Positions 15,301 to 26,599 of a stretch of DNA of 64,000 nt are shown piece after piece. A program made the position numbers and the translations under genes. The stretch comes from Ptychomitrium polyphyllum. Taxonomy: Eukaryota. Location: NCBI GenBank assembly GCA_973851085.1, contig OZ316775.1:4402001-4466000 (forward strand), written 5' to 3'. A model generated the notes under the pieces. It ran no database searches. It was not told the DNA's origin and saw nothing but the letters and a program-made list of their open reading frames with translations. The first letter of the stretch is position 1. Each line of letters starts with the position of its first letter.

Positions 15301-15765
15301 AGACCGTTGAAGAACTGGACTATCAAATACTCTGACCATTTGAATCAGCAAATAGATAAATTTTGTTAGTTGTTGCTTTAAACTACTACCAACTATGCAA
15401 ATCCATCTAGTGCTTCACGTATCTTTATTGGAAATCTACAACAAGTTATGTATATCAAAGAGGATTGTTCTTTTGCTTTTTTTGATGGAAATCAATAATA
15501 AAATGGAGTATAAAGTCAAAAAGATATTATGTTCATGCATTAAAAATGGACATGTAGAGTACTTTATACATTTCCAAGAACGGGGCATCAATGACCAAAT
15601 ATGGAAACCTTCAATGGACGTAATAAATGTATACGTTAAGTTATGCAAATTTCATCAAAGATATCTTCCAAAACCAAGTCCTTGATGATGCATTATAATA
15701 AATCAATAGCCGTTAGCTTTATAGAGAAGGTTTTTCCATAGACAAGTATAAGGAGGGAGGAGCAA
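12370..15765 (+). mobile_element. Decayed Ty3/Gypsy chromovirus gag-pol (gag end, RT, RNase H, integrase, chromodomain, PPT)
   Basis: Interrupted frames give ILFVKK..VDY, KIDLRGAYNL, IVIYLNDILIYS (YLDD site), RNase H YDIHDKGLLAIV, integrase PWISLSMDFIT, and chromodomain-like MEYKVKKIL..VEYFIHF..WKP..FHQRY. Purine tract aggagggagg at ~15751 is followed by TG. The protease appears deleted near 12970. Confidence 0.9.
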
Positions 15766-16347
15766 TGTTCAACCTTCGGTTGTATGTAAGTGATATTTTT
15801 AAGGTTGATTATCTCTAGATTCTAGTTAGTATGTCAAATCTTTGTATTATCATAGATATGTGTGTAGAGCAGTTGTTCATGCCTTCTTCAACAACAACAC
15901 CTATTAAACCAATTCAACTTTCTTAACCTTCAGTATTAAAGGATTTAAGCCAAAATATGAAAGAGATATTCCTTTGTTGAGTGCAACCATATGTAGAAAT
16001 ATTGGCTACTTGCTCTTCACATTTTAGTCTTGATTCAAATGCTTGAGCTCTAGTTCTATTGTTAGAAGATGGAAGACTCACTCTTGGACAAACATAGATC
16101 TTATATTTGGAAGATGTTTTGAAAGACTTAATCAACATAAAATCTTGAGATAGAACATTTCAACAATAAAAGTCTTAGTTGGTGGTTATTGGCGGTTCTT
16201 GAGAGGATCATTTGATCTAGTAGATAAAAAACAATAAGTATAATATATTGTTTTTTTTTCTTGGACAAATTCTAAAAATTCCGGAGATGTGATAAGCAAG
16301 TCAAAACAATAGCTCGTCTTGGGACACATTGCTAATTGAGGAAGTGA

Positions 16348-16755
16348 TGTCATGGATATAGATTATGCAACATAGTTCTTAGAACCTCCTAGTACATTGT
16401 AATAGTTTCTTAAAATATTTGTAATGCTTCTACAATCATTCTAATATTTTGGAAATTTTTTTAAGAAGGTTTCACTTCCTTGGAGAATTTTCTAAGAAGG
16501 TTCTATATACTATTAAGACATTTTGAAACTTCATTAGAAGCTTCTTTAGAAGTTTTGTAAGAATCACAAGTATTATAGTATAAATAGGAAACAAAACAAG
16601 GTATACCTTGTTCTTGCCAATAGAAGCTGTAGATTATATTTGTATTACTCTTTTGTTCCAATCTTTGTAATAACTTTTTTTTATCATTAACTCCTTGGAA
16701 GATAATGCTTGGAAACCACTTCATAATGCTTCTTATTTCTTGTGTTTCCAATACT
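16348..16755 (+). mobile_element. Degenerate LTR, family A copy 2
   Basis: Begins TGTCATGGATATA directly after purine-rich gaggaagtga (PPT-like); homologous to 10670-11100 and 58390-58796. Confidence 0.7.
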
Positions 16756-19700
16756 TACCTATTATCTATACTTATTTTTGCATCAGTTCTTTTGAAAAAT
16801 TATAAGGTTTTGAGAAATTTATTTCTAAATTTTTTCCAACATATATTTTTTACATTGATTTTTGTGTTTAAAAATTAAAAGATTTTTCAAAGAACACATG
16901 ATAATACTTTTTTGCTATTGGTATTAATTGTGTAAATTAAATTTCAAACTTAAATATTTTTCTTTTATTTCCAATTCTTTAAATGATTGAATTTCATGTA
17001 AACTAATGTGCATTTTTTGTAACCTTTCCAATTTCCAATATCTTTTTATTAATAAGAAAAAGCACCATACTCTTTACACTATTCATTAAAAATATTTTTG
17101 TTTAATAGTTGATTATTAGAATGATATAAGCTTAGAAGCGACCTTTTATAATATACAAAGTACATGCATATGTTATTATTTATAGCAAAATATAAATAAA
17201 CAAATTAACTTCTTTAGGAGACTTTGAAGAATATATATATTCCATTATATTGTCATCAAGATGAATATTATATTCTAAATTTTCTAAAAGAACATGAATA
17301 TTATATTCTTTATTTTCTAAAAGGAGATGAATAGCACTATATGAATTAAAAATTTGGAAAATAAATGAAATGCTTACATGAATTCACCAATTCCTTCTAT
17401 TATTGTGAAACCAATATTGATGTAAGATTTTATACCAATCCACACACCACCTTTTGTAGACAGTTTTAAAATAATGTGAAAAATTGAAGTAAAATGCAGT
17501 ATAACATATAATATTCCATAGAAATGAGAATGTATAGTTGTTGACTTCCAAATGATGATCTTATATTATTTACAATAAATTGGACACTGAGGTATTACTA
17601 CAAACCACACTGCATCCAGACTACTACAAGCACTGTAGTCTAGACTTTGTCCTAATTCCAAATTACAGTGAGGTTTTTGGGGATACTGTTACTCACAGTA
17701 ATAGGAATAAGCAGTGTAGTGAGTTATCTGCTTTTTTTGAATGTATGGCGGGCATGGATGAGGAAGTGACACTCAACCAAAGCTTAACACGAGGAGCAGG
17801 TGCAGGATCTCTTCGTCTGGAAGGCTTAGAATGACATTTTGACCAGGGAGTTTACTCATACTTTCCTTGTTTTAAAGGATCAGATTCTGAGCCATTTCAA
17901 AGGATAGGAGTCAGCTCCACTACGTTAAGGATTTAACACCAAAGTGCCTATCCACATACAGTGGCCATTTTCATTTTCATACCTTATCAGTGAAGAAAGT
18001 TGACCTATATGTTTTAAAAAAGAAAAGAAAATAAACAATGTATTGGATATGGCATGTGAATTCAAGATTTCTTAAGAAGCGAAAAAAAAATTATTACAAT
18101 TTTTCCATGGCAAACAAGAGGAATATTCACTTGTAATAAGAAAACATGTCTAATTGGGTAAAAGAGGAAATTACATATCCTAGTCCAAAGACCATATCTT
18201 CTTATTTTCAACCCTTTTTATTTAAAGGTTATTGGGTGTGTGGTAGCCTCTGAAATATGACGTCTCAAAATTTATTCTTTATCTTTAGAGAATGCAATTT
18301 TATAACTTATAAACTCATCAAATGTTATAATCATTAGGCTTTTAATTTTTGACATCTCCTTCAAGATTGTGAAATTACTTTGTATGAATCTCCAAGAACT
18401 GATAAGTTTCATATGGAATTTTGAGGGGGCAAATCTGAAGCTTTCATGGTGAGAAAAGCCATAGGCAGGTAAGGGTTAGCTAATGTTTTTTTTTTTTTTT
18501 TTTTCGAAAAAGGGGTTAAAGACGTAACTTCAGTACAACGGTTTCATAGCCGATGCATTTCATCACCAGCTGACGCGACTCAGGATCTTTAATAAAACTG
18601 ACGGTAACAGACCACCTGCAGTAGATGGGCCAGCTTTGCTTTACTTCACATTCAAATATCAGAATCCTCTATTTCGTAGATACGGAAAGATTATTTGTCT
18701 GCAGATGCGTAACTCGGCTGTCTCTAAATTTCTGCGAAATTCTCTATCGACTAATTCCACATTCCAATATCTCTTAGATGTTCTTAGCACTTAAATGATT
18801 GTATTTCCGTGTGATCTGCTGAAGATATCTGAGTTTTTCGGAGACATCGGCGGTATTTTTTCAGGCTGTATGTAGTCGATTGCTGTATTTATTTTCGAGG
18901 TTCCAACTTTCTGCTCTTTTTTATCCATATTTTAAAGTTTAGTTGTGAATAGCCAACTTTCATCATGAATCGATGAGAGTGGATGAAGACGGACCAAATT
19001 GTAAAGCATGTGGTGTATTGCATGGCCAATTTATAGCACTTAGTCCAAATTCAAAATTATTGCATTAAAAAACATGGTTAGCATGTGTATAAAATGAAGG
19101 GTTTCACATAAATGTTGTTTTCTTTGAGCAACTTTTCCACACTGTTAAACAGGATGCTATGACATAGTTATTACTTATTCCAAAAAGTAAATGAAAAGTT
19201 AATAAACCAATAAACTTTCCTACTTTTCTCAATATACATGCATTTCTAGGAATTAAAAATTGGGAGTATAATAAATTTCTCTCTCTTTATACCATGTCAA
19301 CATTTTATTTCCCTCATATAACCATCTCAAGGTTTTATTTGCCTCATACACTACCAATTCTAACCAGTCTGAGCCATCATTACCAAATCCTTACCTTTCT
19401 TTTTATACAATAGATAGATCACTGCAAGATTCATTAATTTTTTTTTCATATGCCAGGAATTCTTCGTATGTGGAAGGGCCCTGATGGAAGCGTACATATG
19501 TCCAATACTGAACGCAAGACGACAATATCTATAAGTGTCATAAAACACAATTAGTAAAATGAACGAGTGATGTAGATACCTTCAGTTATGGATGTTGGCC
19601 TCATTTAAGCACCATCAAATGATCTAGTGGGGAAGATTCTCGACGTCTAGGGGTGCTGGGATGGTTATTTAACCACGAAGATATTATATGTTGTTTGGTG

Positions 19701-19779
19701 ACTAGCTTCGCAACTTAGTAGACTTAGTAGACTTGGCACCTTGAAACGAAGTTGGGGTAAAGATCTAGTTCGAGAACTC

Positions 19780-19867
19780 CACGTGTATTGGGAAGTCTAC
19801 CTGGTTAGAGGAGGTGACGTGTTTAGGGAAGCTGTGCTAGTTTTGCTGCAAATCAGAGCCGCGTGTC
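19780..19867 (+). promoter_or_regulatory. Cluster of G-box/ABRE-like and CE3-like motifs
   Basis: CACGTG at 19780-19785, TGACGTGT at 19815-19822 and CCGCGTGTC at 19859-19867, within 90 bp at the start of a CpG-retaining region. Short motifs only; function not shown. Confidence 0.3.
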
Positions 19868-20399
19868 GCCATAGCAAGAGCTTTTAGTGAAGGCTGGTGA
19901 AGGCAAGGTGTGAAACGTCCTTCCACGAGGGATGTAAGGAAGGAAGGAAGGAAGGAGGATTACAGTGTGTCACAGTTTCGAGTCTAATGACATTTGTTTT
20001 CTGACACACATGATGGACGCTCCGGACAGGGCGATGGTACACTCGCCTGTGTCTTTAATGCGCCTGCTCTTAATTTACATGTCGCCTTGCTGAGGGGGTG
20101 ATGTCAATGCATTTCTGACACTCCCACTTCAGTTTCACATGTTCCGGGGGCCTCCTTCCCAGACAGCCACAGAACTGGCCACACATCGGGCCACAGAACG
20201 AGTCACAGATGGCTGGCCTTCATCGCCAGGCTATGGCGAGGGGGATGGAATGACATGTTAGTACGAGATGGAACTTAAGAGAGGTCCTTACGGTCTGTTT
20301 CTGCCTGTCCTGCGGAGTTGCCGATCTATGCGTGTAGGCAGGCAGGCAGGCACAGCGGCAGGGCAGGATTGCGCTTGAGTGGTAATTTATTGCTGCTCG

Positions 20400-22400
20400 T
20401 GGATTCAGGAAAAATTAATGTAACTGTGCATAATTATCTAACTCGAGAGCTTGTTACGGTAAAGAGAGCTCCGATTAGAGTCAGGGTTGGGTGATTGCAA
20501 ACTCCGGAGGGGCAAGTCCTTGAGATAACGTTGCAACCCTGGTTTGTGGTACGGGGATGCAATGATGGTTTACAGTGCGCAGGGCAAGTGATGCTGATGG
20601 TAATTTATCGAGTTTGCGGTGTGTTGTGCACTGAGGCCATTCAGGGAACCTGGTTGATGGGAGAGAGTAACCGTGCACATAGAGGGATAGTTTTGTATTG
20701 ATTGATCACTCCAATTTGATTTTGGAGTTGTTTACGTTCCTTCACTGCACTTCTGCATCATCGGTGTACAGCCGAAGCTTTACTACATACGACGATGGAC
20801 ACGCGATGCATTCTATTTGTCAATGACGCTGTGACATGTGTGGGGGTTACTACGGAAGCTGATAAAGTTGCAAGCACTTATTGAGAGCATGTTGGCTTGT
20901 TCTGAGCGAGCCTACTCTCCAGGCGAAGCTATCTGAGGAGCTTCTTAGGAGCATGCTTGTTGTGTTGCATCTTTCTAACGTAATGGCAGCGCATAGACAC
21001 AGACGTCTCGACTTCCTTGAATCATTTGGTTTGTCTACCTCTGGGCTACGTCAAACCTTAGGACGCCCTTTTGTTTTCAATCTTGTTACTAGTTCATCTG
21101 AAATGTACAGGTAATGTATCAGATCATTGGACCTATGCTCTCACCAGCATTTGACACTTTGGTATCACAACACAGCATTTTGGATAGGGTGATTTGCAGC
21201 TTTAGGCAGAAGACTTAGAACACTTTTCTGCATGGAAGAGCTTCAGGGTATGCAAGGCTTGCTCTCTGATCGTTCTTTCTGTTTTGACTTGAACAGAAAG
21301 GGTTATGCCATACCATCGCTGTGAGAAGCCGTTAAGCCGTAACTTATGGCTCTTTCTTAGTTAGGGCCTCGCCAGCAGGTTAGGTGCCGACGTCCTTTTA
21401 GTGTTTGAGATGTCTTATCGTTTTTGTAAGTGGTTAGTGATCATGGCACGGCTGGTAGGTGTGTCTTTTTCCATAATATATTTGTGAAATAGATTACAGT
21501 CGAATATGTTCCGTTAGCGTCGAAAAGTATACGACAATATCGTTACAGCATTTTGAATACTGCGTAGTGCAGAAGCTTTTGACAACTTGGCAGTATGACA
21601 GGTGGTAATTAAGCGACACATCTCACCGGAAGAGTGTGTTGCTGATCTTTCGTCGCAGATCTGATCTGCTTCATGCTTCCCATCTTTTTAAGCGGTTTGT
21701 GCCGTAGGGTGAAAGTATCTTTAAGTATGTGGTTGAGAGGATTGTGAGTAGTTCATGTACTCTGTTGCAGCGTTTGAGTATGGTTTACACAAGTCATACA
21801 GAAACTTGGTTTTGCTGGAGTCGGTGGTATGAACATGAAAGACTATTTATTGCTCACTGTTATGTATCGATGATGAATTTTCCTGGTTTTAAAATCTTAT
21901 TTGTAGCAACGAAGACCTTTATCATTTGCCCTGATATGTGTGGTCTGGGATGACAGGTTCTCGAATTATACTTACATCTTGGTTTTGAGGTATGCGTTTC
22001 TGCCTGATTTCAATCTTTAATTAGACGGTCTTTAGACCTAGAAAGCAATGTTTGCTGAATTTGAAAAATGCTTTCTCAATCCCACACGCAATCGTTGCAG
22101 TGACACCTTTGTCAGCCATTGGTACGAATAATGGTATAGTACCCAAGCAGATGGAAAACGCCATGTTCTTCATATAACTTGCCTTATTTCTGACTCAGTT
22201 GTAAGATGTAAATAAGACAATCAAATCAGGGGCTATTAAGAAAAATGGACAAGTGAAAATGGCGTTTCCCATCTGCTGGGTACAAAGAGTTGCATTAAAA
22301 AAACCTTTCGACCTATGCCTGTCCTTCAACAACGATAAGACTACGTTGGTCTAGTCCGGATGCTCATTTGAGCTCCACTTATCACGTCCATTTCGTGAGT
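20400..22400 (+). ncRNA. Putative spliced non-coding transcript (lncRNA or pri-miRNA); limits approximate
   Basis: Gene-like composition with no ORF over 80 aa. Plus-strand splice signals: CAG|gtaatg (21111), aacag| (21296), CAG|gttagg (21379), GAG|gtatgc (21990), ttgcag| (22100). Confidence 0.35.
22142..22280. repeat. Fold-back element with ~22-bp terminal inverted repeats flanked by TA (MITE-like or pre-miRNA-like)
   Basis: Left arm CCCAAGCAGATGGAAAACGCCAT (22142-22164) and right arm ATGGCGTTTCCCATCTGCTGGG (22259-22280) differ by one bulge and one mismatch; TA at 22140-22141 and 22281-22282. Confidence 0.8.
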
Positions 22401-22492
22401 TTGTTAGCCTCATTTCATTAAGTTCATTCCCTTAATTCAACCGGAAGCCCTGCAAAGTCACAAGCTTCTTGTTAGCCTTACCTGGATAAGGA

Positions 22493-23934
22493 TCATTTCA
22501 AAAAGTCACTGTTCACGGAGGTGAGGGTCTTAATAATTTCTGTGCAAGATGGACCGGAACTTTGCCTTGTGTGCCAACAAGCTTCTAACAAAGAAGCTAA
22601 ATTCTCAGGGCATGATGGCAGCATTGGTCTTTCATGCATCGTGATGCGTGATTAGGTGGGAAGCGCAGAAATCAAGGTTGTCTTCCCAGGAAGTATCTTT
22701 GTACGTATTATTGCGAAGCTGTAAGCATCCGCCTCCTTCCAGTCAATGGGAAAATCTGCCGTAGAGTCGGCCAATCCAAGGTTCGTCAGTTCCCATCTAC
22801 ACAGTGAAACTGATGAAGCTTTTTCTTCTCTGAAGCAGCAATAAAAAAGTTGTTGGACTGCAGATCGCAGTGAATAATTCCTTGTCCACAAAGATGCCCC
22901 ATTCCTCGTGTGATCTGCAACATCATGTCGATTGTCGATGCTGGCACAATTATTTCAGGATTGGTCCACCGATCTTTGATAAAATTAGGAAGACTCATGA
23001 GCATAATTTCCACGAGAAATGAGGTTTCAGGCATCTCATGAGTACATTACAACTTTATAATGGGGGGTGGTTCAATTTGCCAAAATGCTCACCTCGTGCA
23101 AATACTCCTGCATGGATCCATCGTCTTCTTTGGCCCTTAAGTGTTTCTTCGCATATGGCATGCTCAACCAGTTCACCTCGAGAACTGCTCCGCATGCACC
23201 CTTGCCAATTGGTTTTACCAACGTTGGGTATTAATGTTTGGCTATGAAAATTCTCAGGAGGTCGACATTCTGATCATCAATTGCTTAACAAACTCTTGCG
23301 GTAGAAAGCCTCTCGTCTTCACCTAAAGCATGTCGTGCAAGCAGTGTTTTCTTAAAGCTTTCTGCATCCCTTTGGGCTCTACTTTCCTTATCCGCATCCT
23401 GCCTCCAGATTGTTACAGATGCGTCGAGAGGAAGAACATGCCCTGTACTCGTGAATCCATGTAACACAGGCTTGGAGATCCAGATATAGTTCCTTGAAAG
23501 CCAGTAGATTGTTTCTTTGGAGACGGCCTTGCGCAGGAGCCATTTTCATAAACAAGGGGGTCTCTAGAGGAGAAGGAGCTGGCCGTATACACGTGCTCGC
23601 ATCACCATGACGTAAAATTCCTGAAAAAGCAGAGGAAGATATTTGTGCCTTCTGTTGTTGGGATGTAAAAGCTGGCTTGACAAGTAACTGTAAATTGCTC
23701 CGACAGAAGGCCAGACTGTTGCATTGTAGCCCATTCAAACGAAAGACATTGCAGGTTTTCCTGGTGACTCATTGAATTTCGCAATTTTCTCTCCTCTCCG
23801 AAATCTTCCGAAATCCTCTAAGTGCCCTGTTATCTTTCAGTCTTAACCAGTGTATCTAAACCGAGAAACGTTTGTCCCACATTAGTTCCTGATTCTGCAG
23901 GGTTAACAAGGTGGGTAGAACCTTTCATCTCCAT
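22493..23934 (-). pseudogene. MLKL-like (DUF1221/HeLo helical domain + TKL kinase) pseudogene, copy 1
   Basis: Frameshifted, stop-interrupted: NGLQCNSL..WLLRKAV..NNLLAFKELYLDLQAC, then IGKGACGAVLEVNWLSMPYAKK, IDMMLQITRGMGHL..IIHCDLQSNN, ADAYSFAII, CPENLASLLEACWHTRQSSGPSCTEI. Confidence 0.8.
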
Positions 23935-25177
23935 TTCGATAATTTAGAACTCCTGAAATCTCACTGCAAATCCTCTCAAAAGTTGCAAACAAAAGAATTT
24001 CACTTGTACTGGAACAATCTTGCATGCACAATTTGTTGAGAAACTGCTTGTGCATGCAAGATTTTCAAATTGAGGTTTTTAACTCTTCACGTGCCACCAT
24101 ATGCGCAAGCTGCAGCTGGAACAAAATGAACCCTCCAATACTTGAGACAGCACAGAAGTTAGTGCTTTGAGAGGAATTTACTTTCTCCTGCTATGCAAGT
24201 GCCTATACTCCAGGTGATTCATGTTACTCGTATTGAACAAAAAGTATTCTTGCAATGTCTCTACACACTATGTTAAGATCAGTTCTTTGATTATATCCAT
24301 TTGTCTAGTGCAGGGTGAGCTCTTCATAATTCTAGGCCTTCCATCTTATAGACCTTCTCCTCAAATAGTAATGGCGTCCTGTCTTAATCCTGCAACACCC
24401 TTAGGTAACGAGATGCCTGGATACCTATTAGCTTTTCACACAAGCTTATGTGAGTCACAAATTTACTGATGTGCGGATGTCCCGATTAATCAAATGTGAC
24501 ATGAGGAGTTGAACTAAATATACAGTATCTAGAAGGCAATGCGACAGATAACCTAGCTTGGCTTTCAATTACAGAGAAAAATATCCAAAATGAAAGGCTT
24601 GCATTCAAAGAGCTCAGTATGATACATTCGCTCGTCCTCAGAATTGTGACCAGAACTTATTGTATCTCACTTGCATTGTGCAGCGAATGGGTCTATGAAT
24701 ATCGGCAGGGAGATTTCAATAGAATATTTTAAGGTACGTTCTAATCAGCACAATAATATCATTCCTTCTAAAGATAAAAGATCTTACTAGTGCACCAGAT
24801 GATTGTTGGTTATCCAGAGGTTCTGTTGTGTCATCAAAGCCTCACTCAAGGTCTTGTAATAATTTCCAGAATGAAGCTCGTATCACTATCATTCCTAGCA
24901 CAAACAGTTATATTAGTGACGTCTCCTAGTTTGGAACGTGCAGGAGACGGACACCTATCTGACCATCACTGATTGGTAGCTCTAGTTGCACATTAGGTCG
25001 TCGGAGGATTCAAATGGAAACTGGCTAGTACTCAAATGCTCGTTGATCGGCGTCTCGATACCCGAGACCTTCAAAGATTCACGTGAAAAGATGTAAATAT
25101 ATGAATTTGATCGTTAGTCCATTTCTCTTAGGAACAGGAAGACCTTATCAGAAGGGTGGCCAAAGCTTGAGGACATT

Positions 25178-26449
25178 CTACTGGAGTCCCGGGAGATCTC
25201 CCTTAATAGAGGTTAGGGCTCCTCTGATTTGTGTAAAAGATGGCCGACAACTTGGCCTTGTATCCGAACACCCTTCCAGCAACACAACTAAATTTTTTGG
25301 ACATGATGATAGCAGCTCTAATTTTCACCACCAGTGATGCATGCGTACAAACTGAGTAGAGACCCATTCTGAAGGGTGTCTTCCTAGTACGTATCTCAGA
25401 ATAAGTCATTGCGAAGCTAAAAGCATCCGCCTTCTTACAGTCAATTGAAACATCTGAAATATATGCTTCAGGTGCCGATAGCTCGCGGTTCCCATCATCT
25501 TGTAAGTTGGCTTCGTCAAACTATGCACCTTCGTCTTGGCCAGGCCGAAGTCTGTCAATTTCACATCCACATAGTCACGGAGCTTTTAACCTTCGAAGGC
25601 GTAACGAGTGTGTTGGAAAGTTTAAGATAGCTGAAGACGATGCCTAGTTGATGACGATACTCCATTCGCCTCGCAATCTGCAACTCATGTCGAATGCTGC
25701 AATTTGGCTAAAACGCTCACCTCTTTAAACCACTTTGTATATCCCTCGTCCTCCGTAGCGCCGAAGTATTTCTTTGCACATGGCATGTCCAACCAGTTCA
25801 CCTGGAGGACTGCTCCTGATGAGCACTTGCCAACCGGTCTTCCCACAGTTCGATAGCCATACTGCGCGAAAAGCCTGTATTCCTTCCGTAAAGCAGATCA
25901 TGCAAGTAGGTCTGTAACTCAGCTTCTCAACTTGATTGCATCCATTGGGGTGTCATGCACCATACCCGCATCTTGCGTCCAGATATCTCAAGAGGATTTT
26001 TGTGTTGTGTGATATTGTGAAACAAAACGAGCACAAGCCTGAAGATCAAGAATGAGTTCCTTGAAAGCAGTCGATACTTTCCTTGAATAATGGCTTTCTG
26101 GAGCCAAGATTGCTCGGAGTTAAACCGTTGCGCACTTGCATCTGCCCGTGTTACTAAGACGTAAAACACTCGGAAAGCGTTTCGAAGATATTTGTGCCTT
26201 CTGTTGTAGAGAAGCTGGCTGGATAATAAGTTGTCGTAAACTGCTCCAATAGTACGCCACAGACTGTTGCATTGTGTCTCATTCAGCTGGAAGATGGTTG
26301 TATTTGCTGCCAAGAAGCAGTCAGCCTCATCCTTGTAGTAAGCTCCGCATGCTGCAAGTATTCCACCATCTCTCTGTTGGAACCTTGTGCTCGATCCTCA
26401 TGACACTCCGACAGCATTCAACGCTTTCTGTCAAGCTGCCGGCATCCAT
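25178..26449 (-). pseudogene. MLKL-like (DUF1221/HeLo helical domain + TKL kinase) pseudogene, copy 2
   Basis: LNETQCNSL..LRNAFRVFYVLVTRADASAQRFNSEQSWLQKAIIQG / AFKELILDLQAC, then VGKCSSGAVLQVNWLDMPCAKK, LQIARRMEY, VKLTDFGLAKTK, KADAFSFAM, CPKNLVVLLEGC..RPSFTQI. Several frameshifts and an internal deletion; paralogous to copy 1. Confidence 0.8.
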
Positions 26450-26599
26450 CGTCAGTTCACACAACCCAACAGTCCTCACCAAAACGGCATCGCTGAGCAG
26501 CGACATCGCTCCCTCTAGAACATCGTGCGCTGCTTGCTATTTAGGAAGTCACTCCCTAGCACGTTGTGGTCCGAAGCAGTAACGGCGCCAAACAGACAT

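Noticed and set aside
21248..21296. Additional intron in the putative ncRNA
   Set aside because: It would be only 49 nt, shorter than typical plant introns.
21870..21934. Box C/D snoRNA (ATGATGA..CTGA)
   Set aside because: The terminal stem is weak and I recognise no exact rRNA or snRNA complementarity; such boxes arise by chance.
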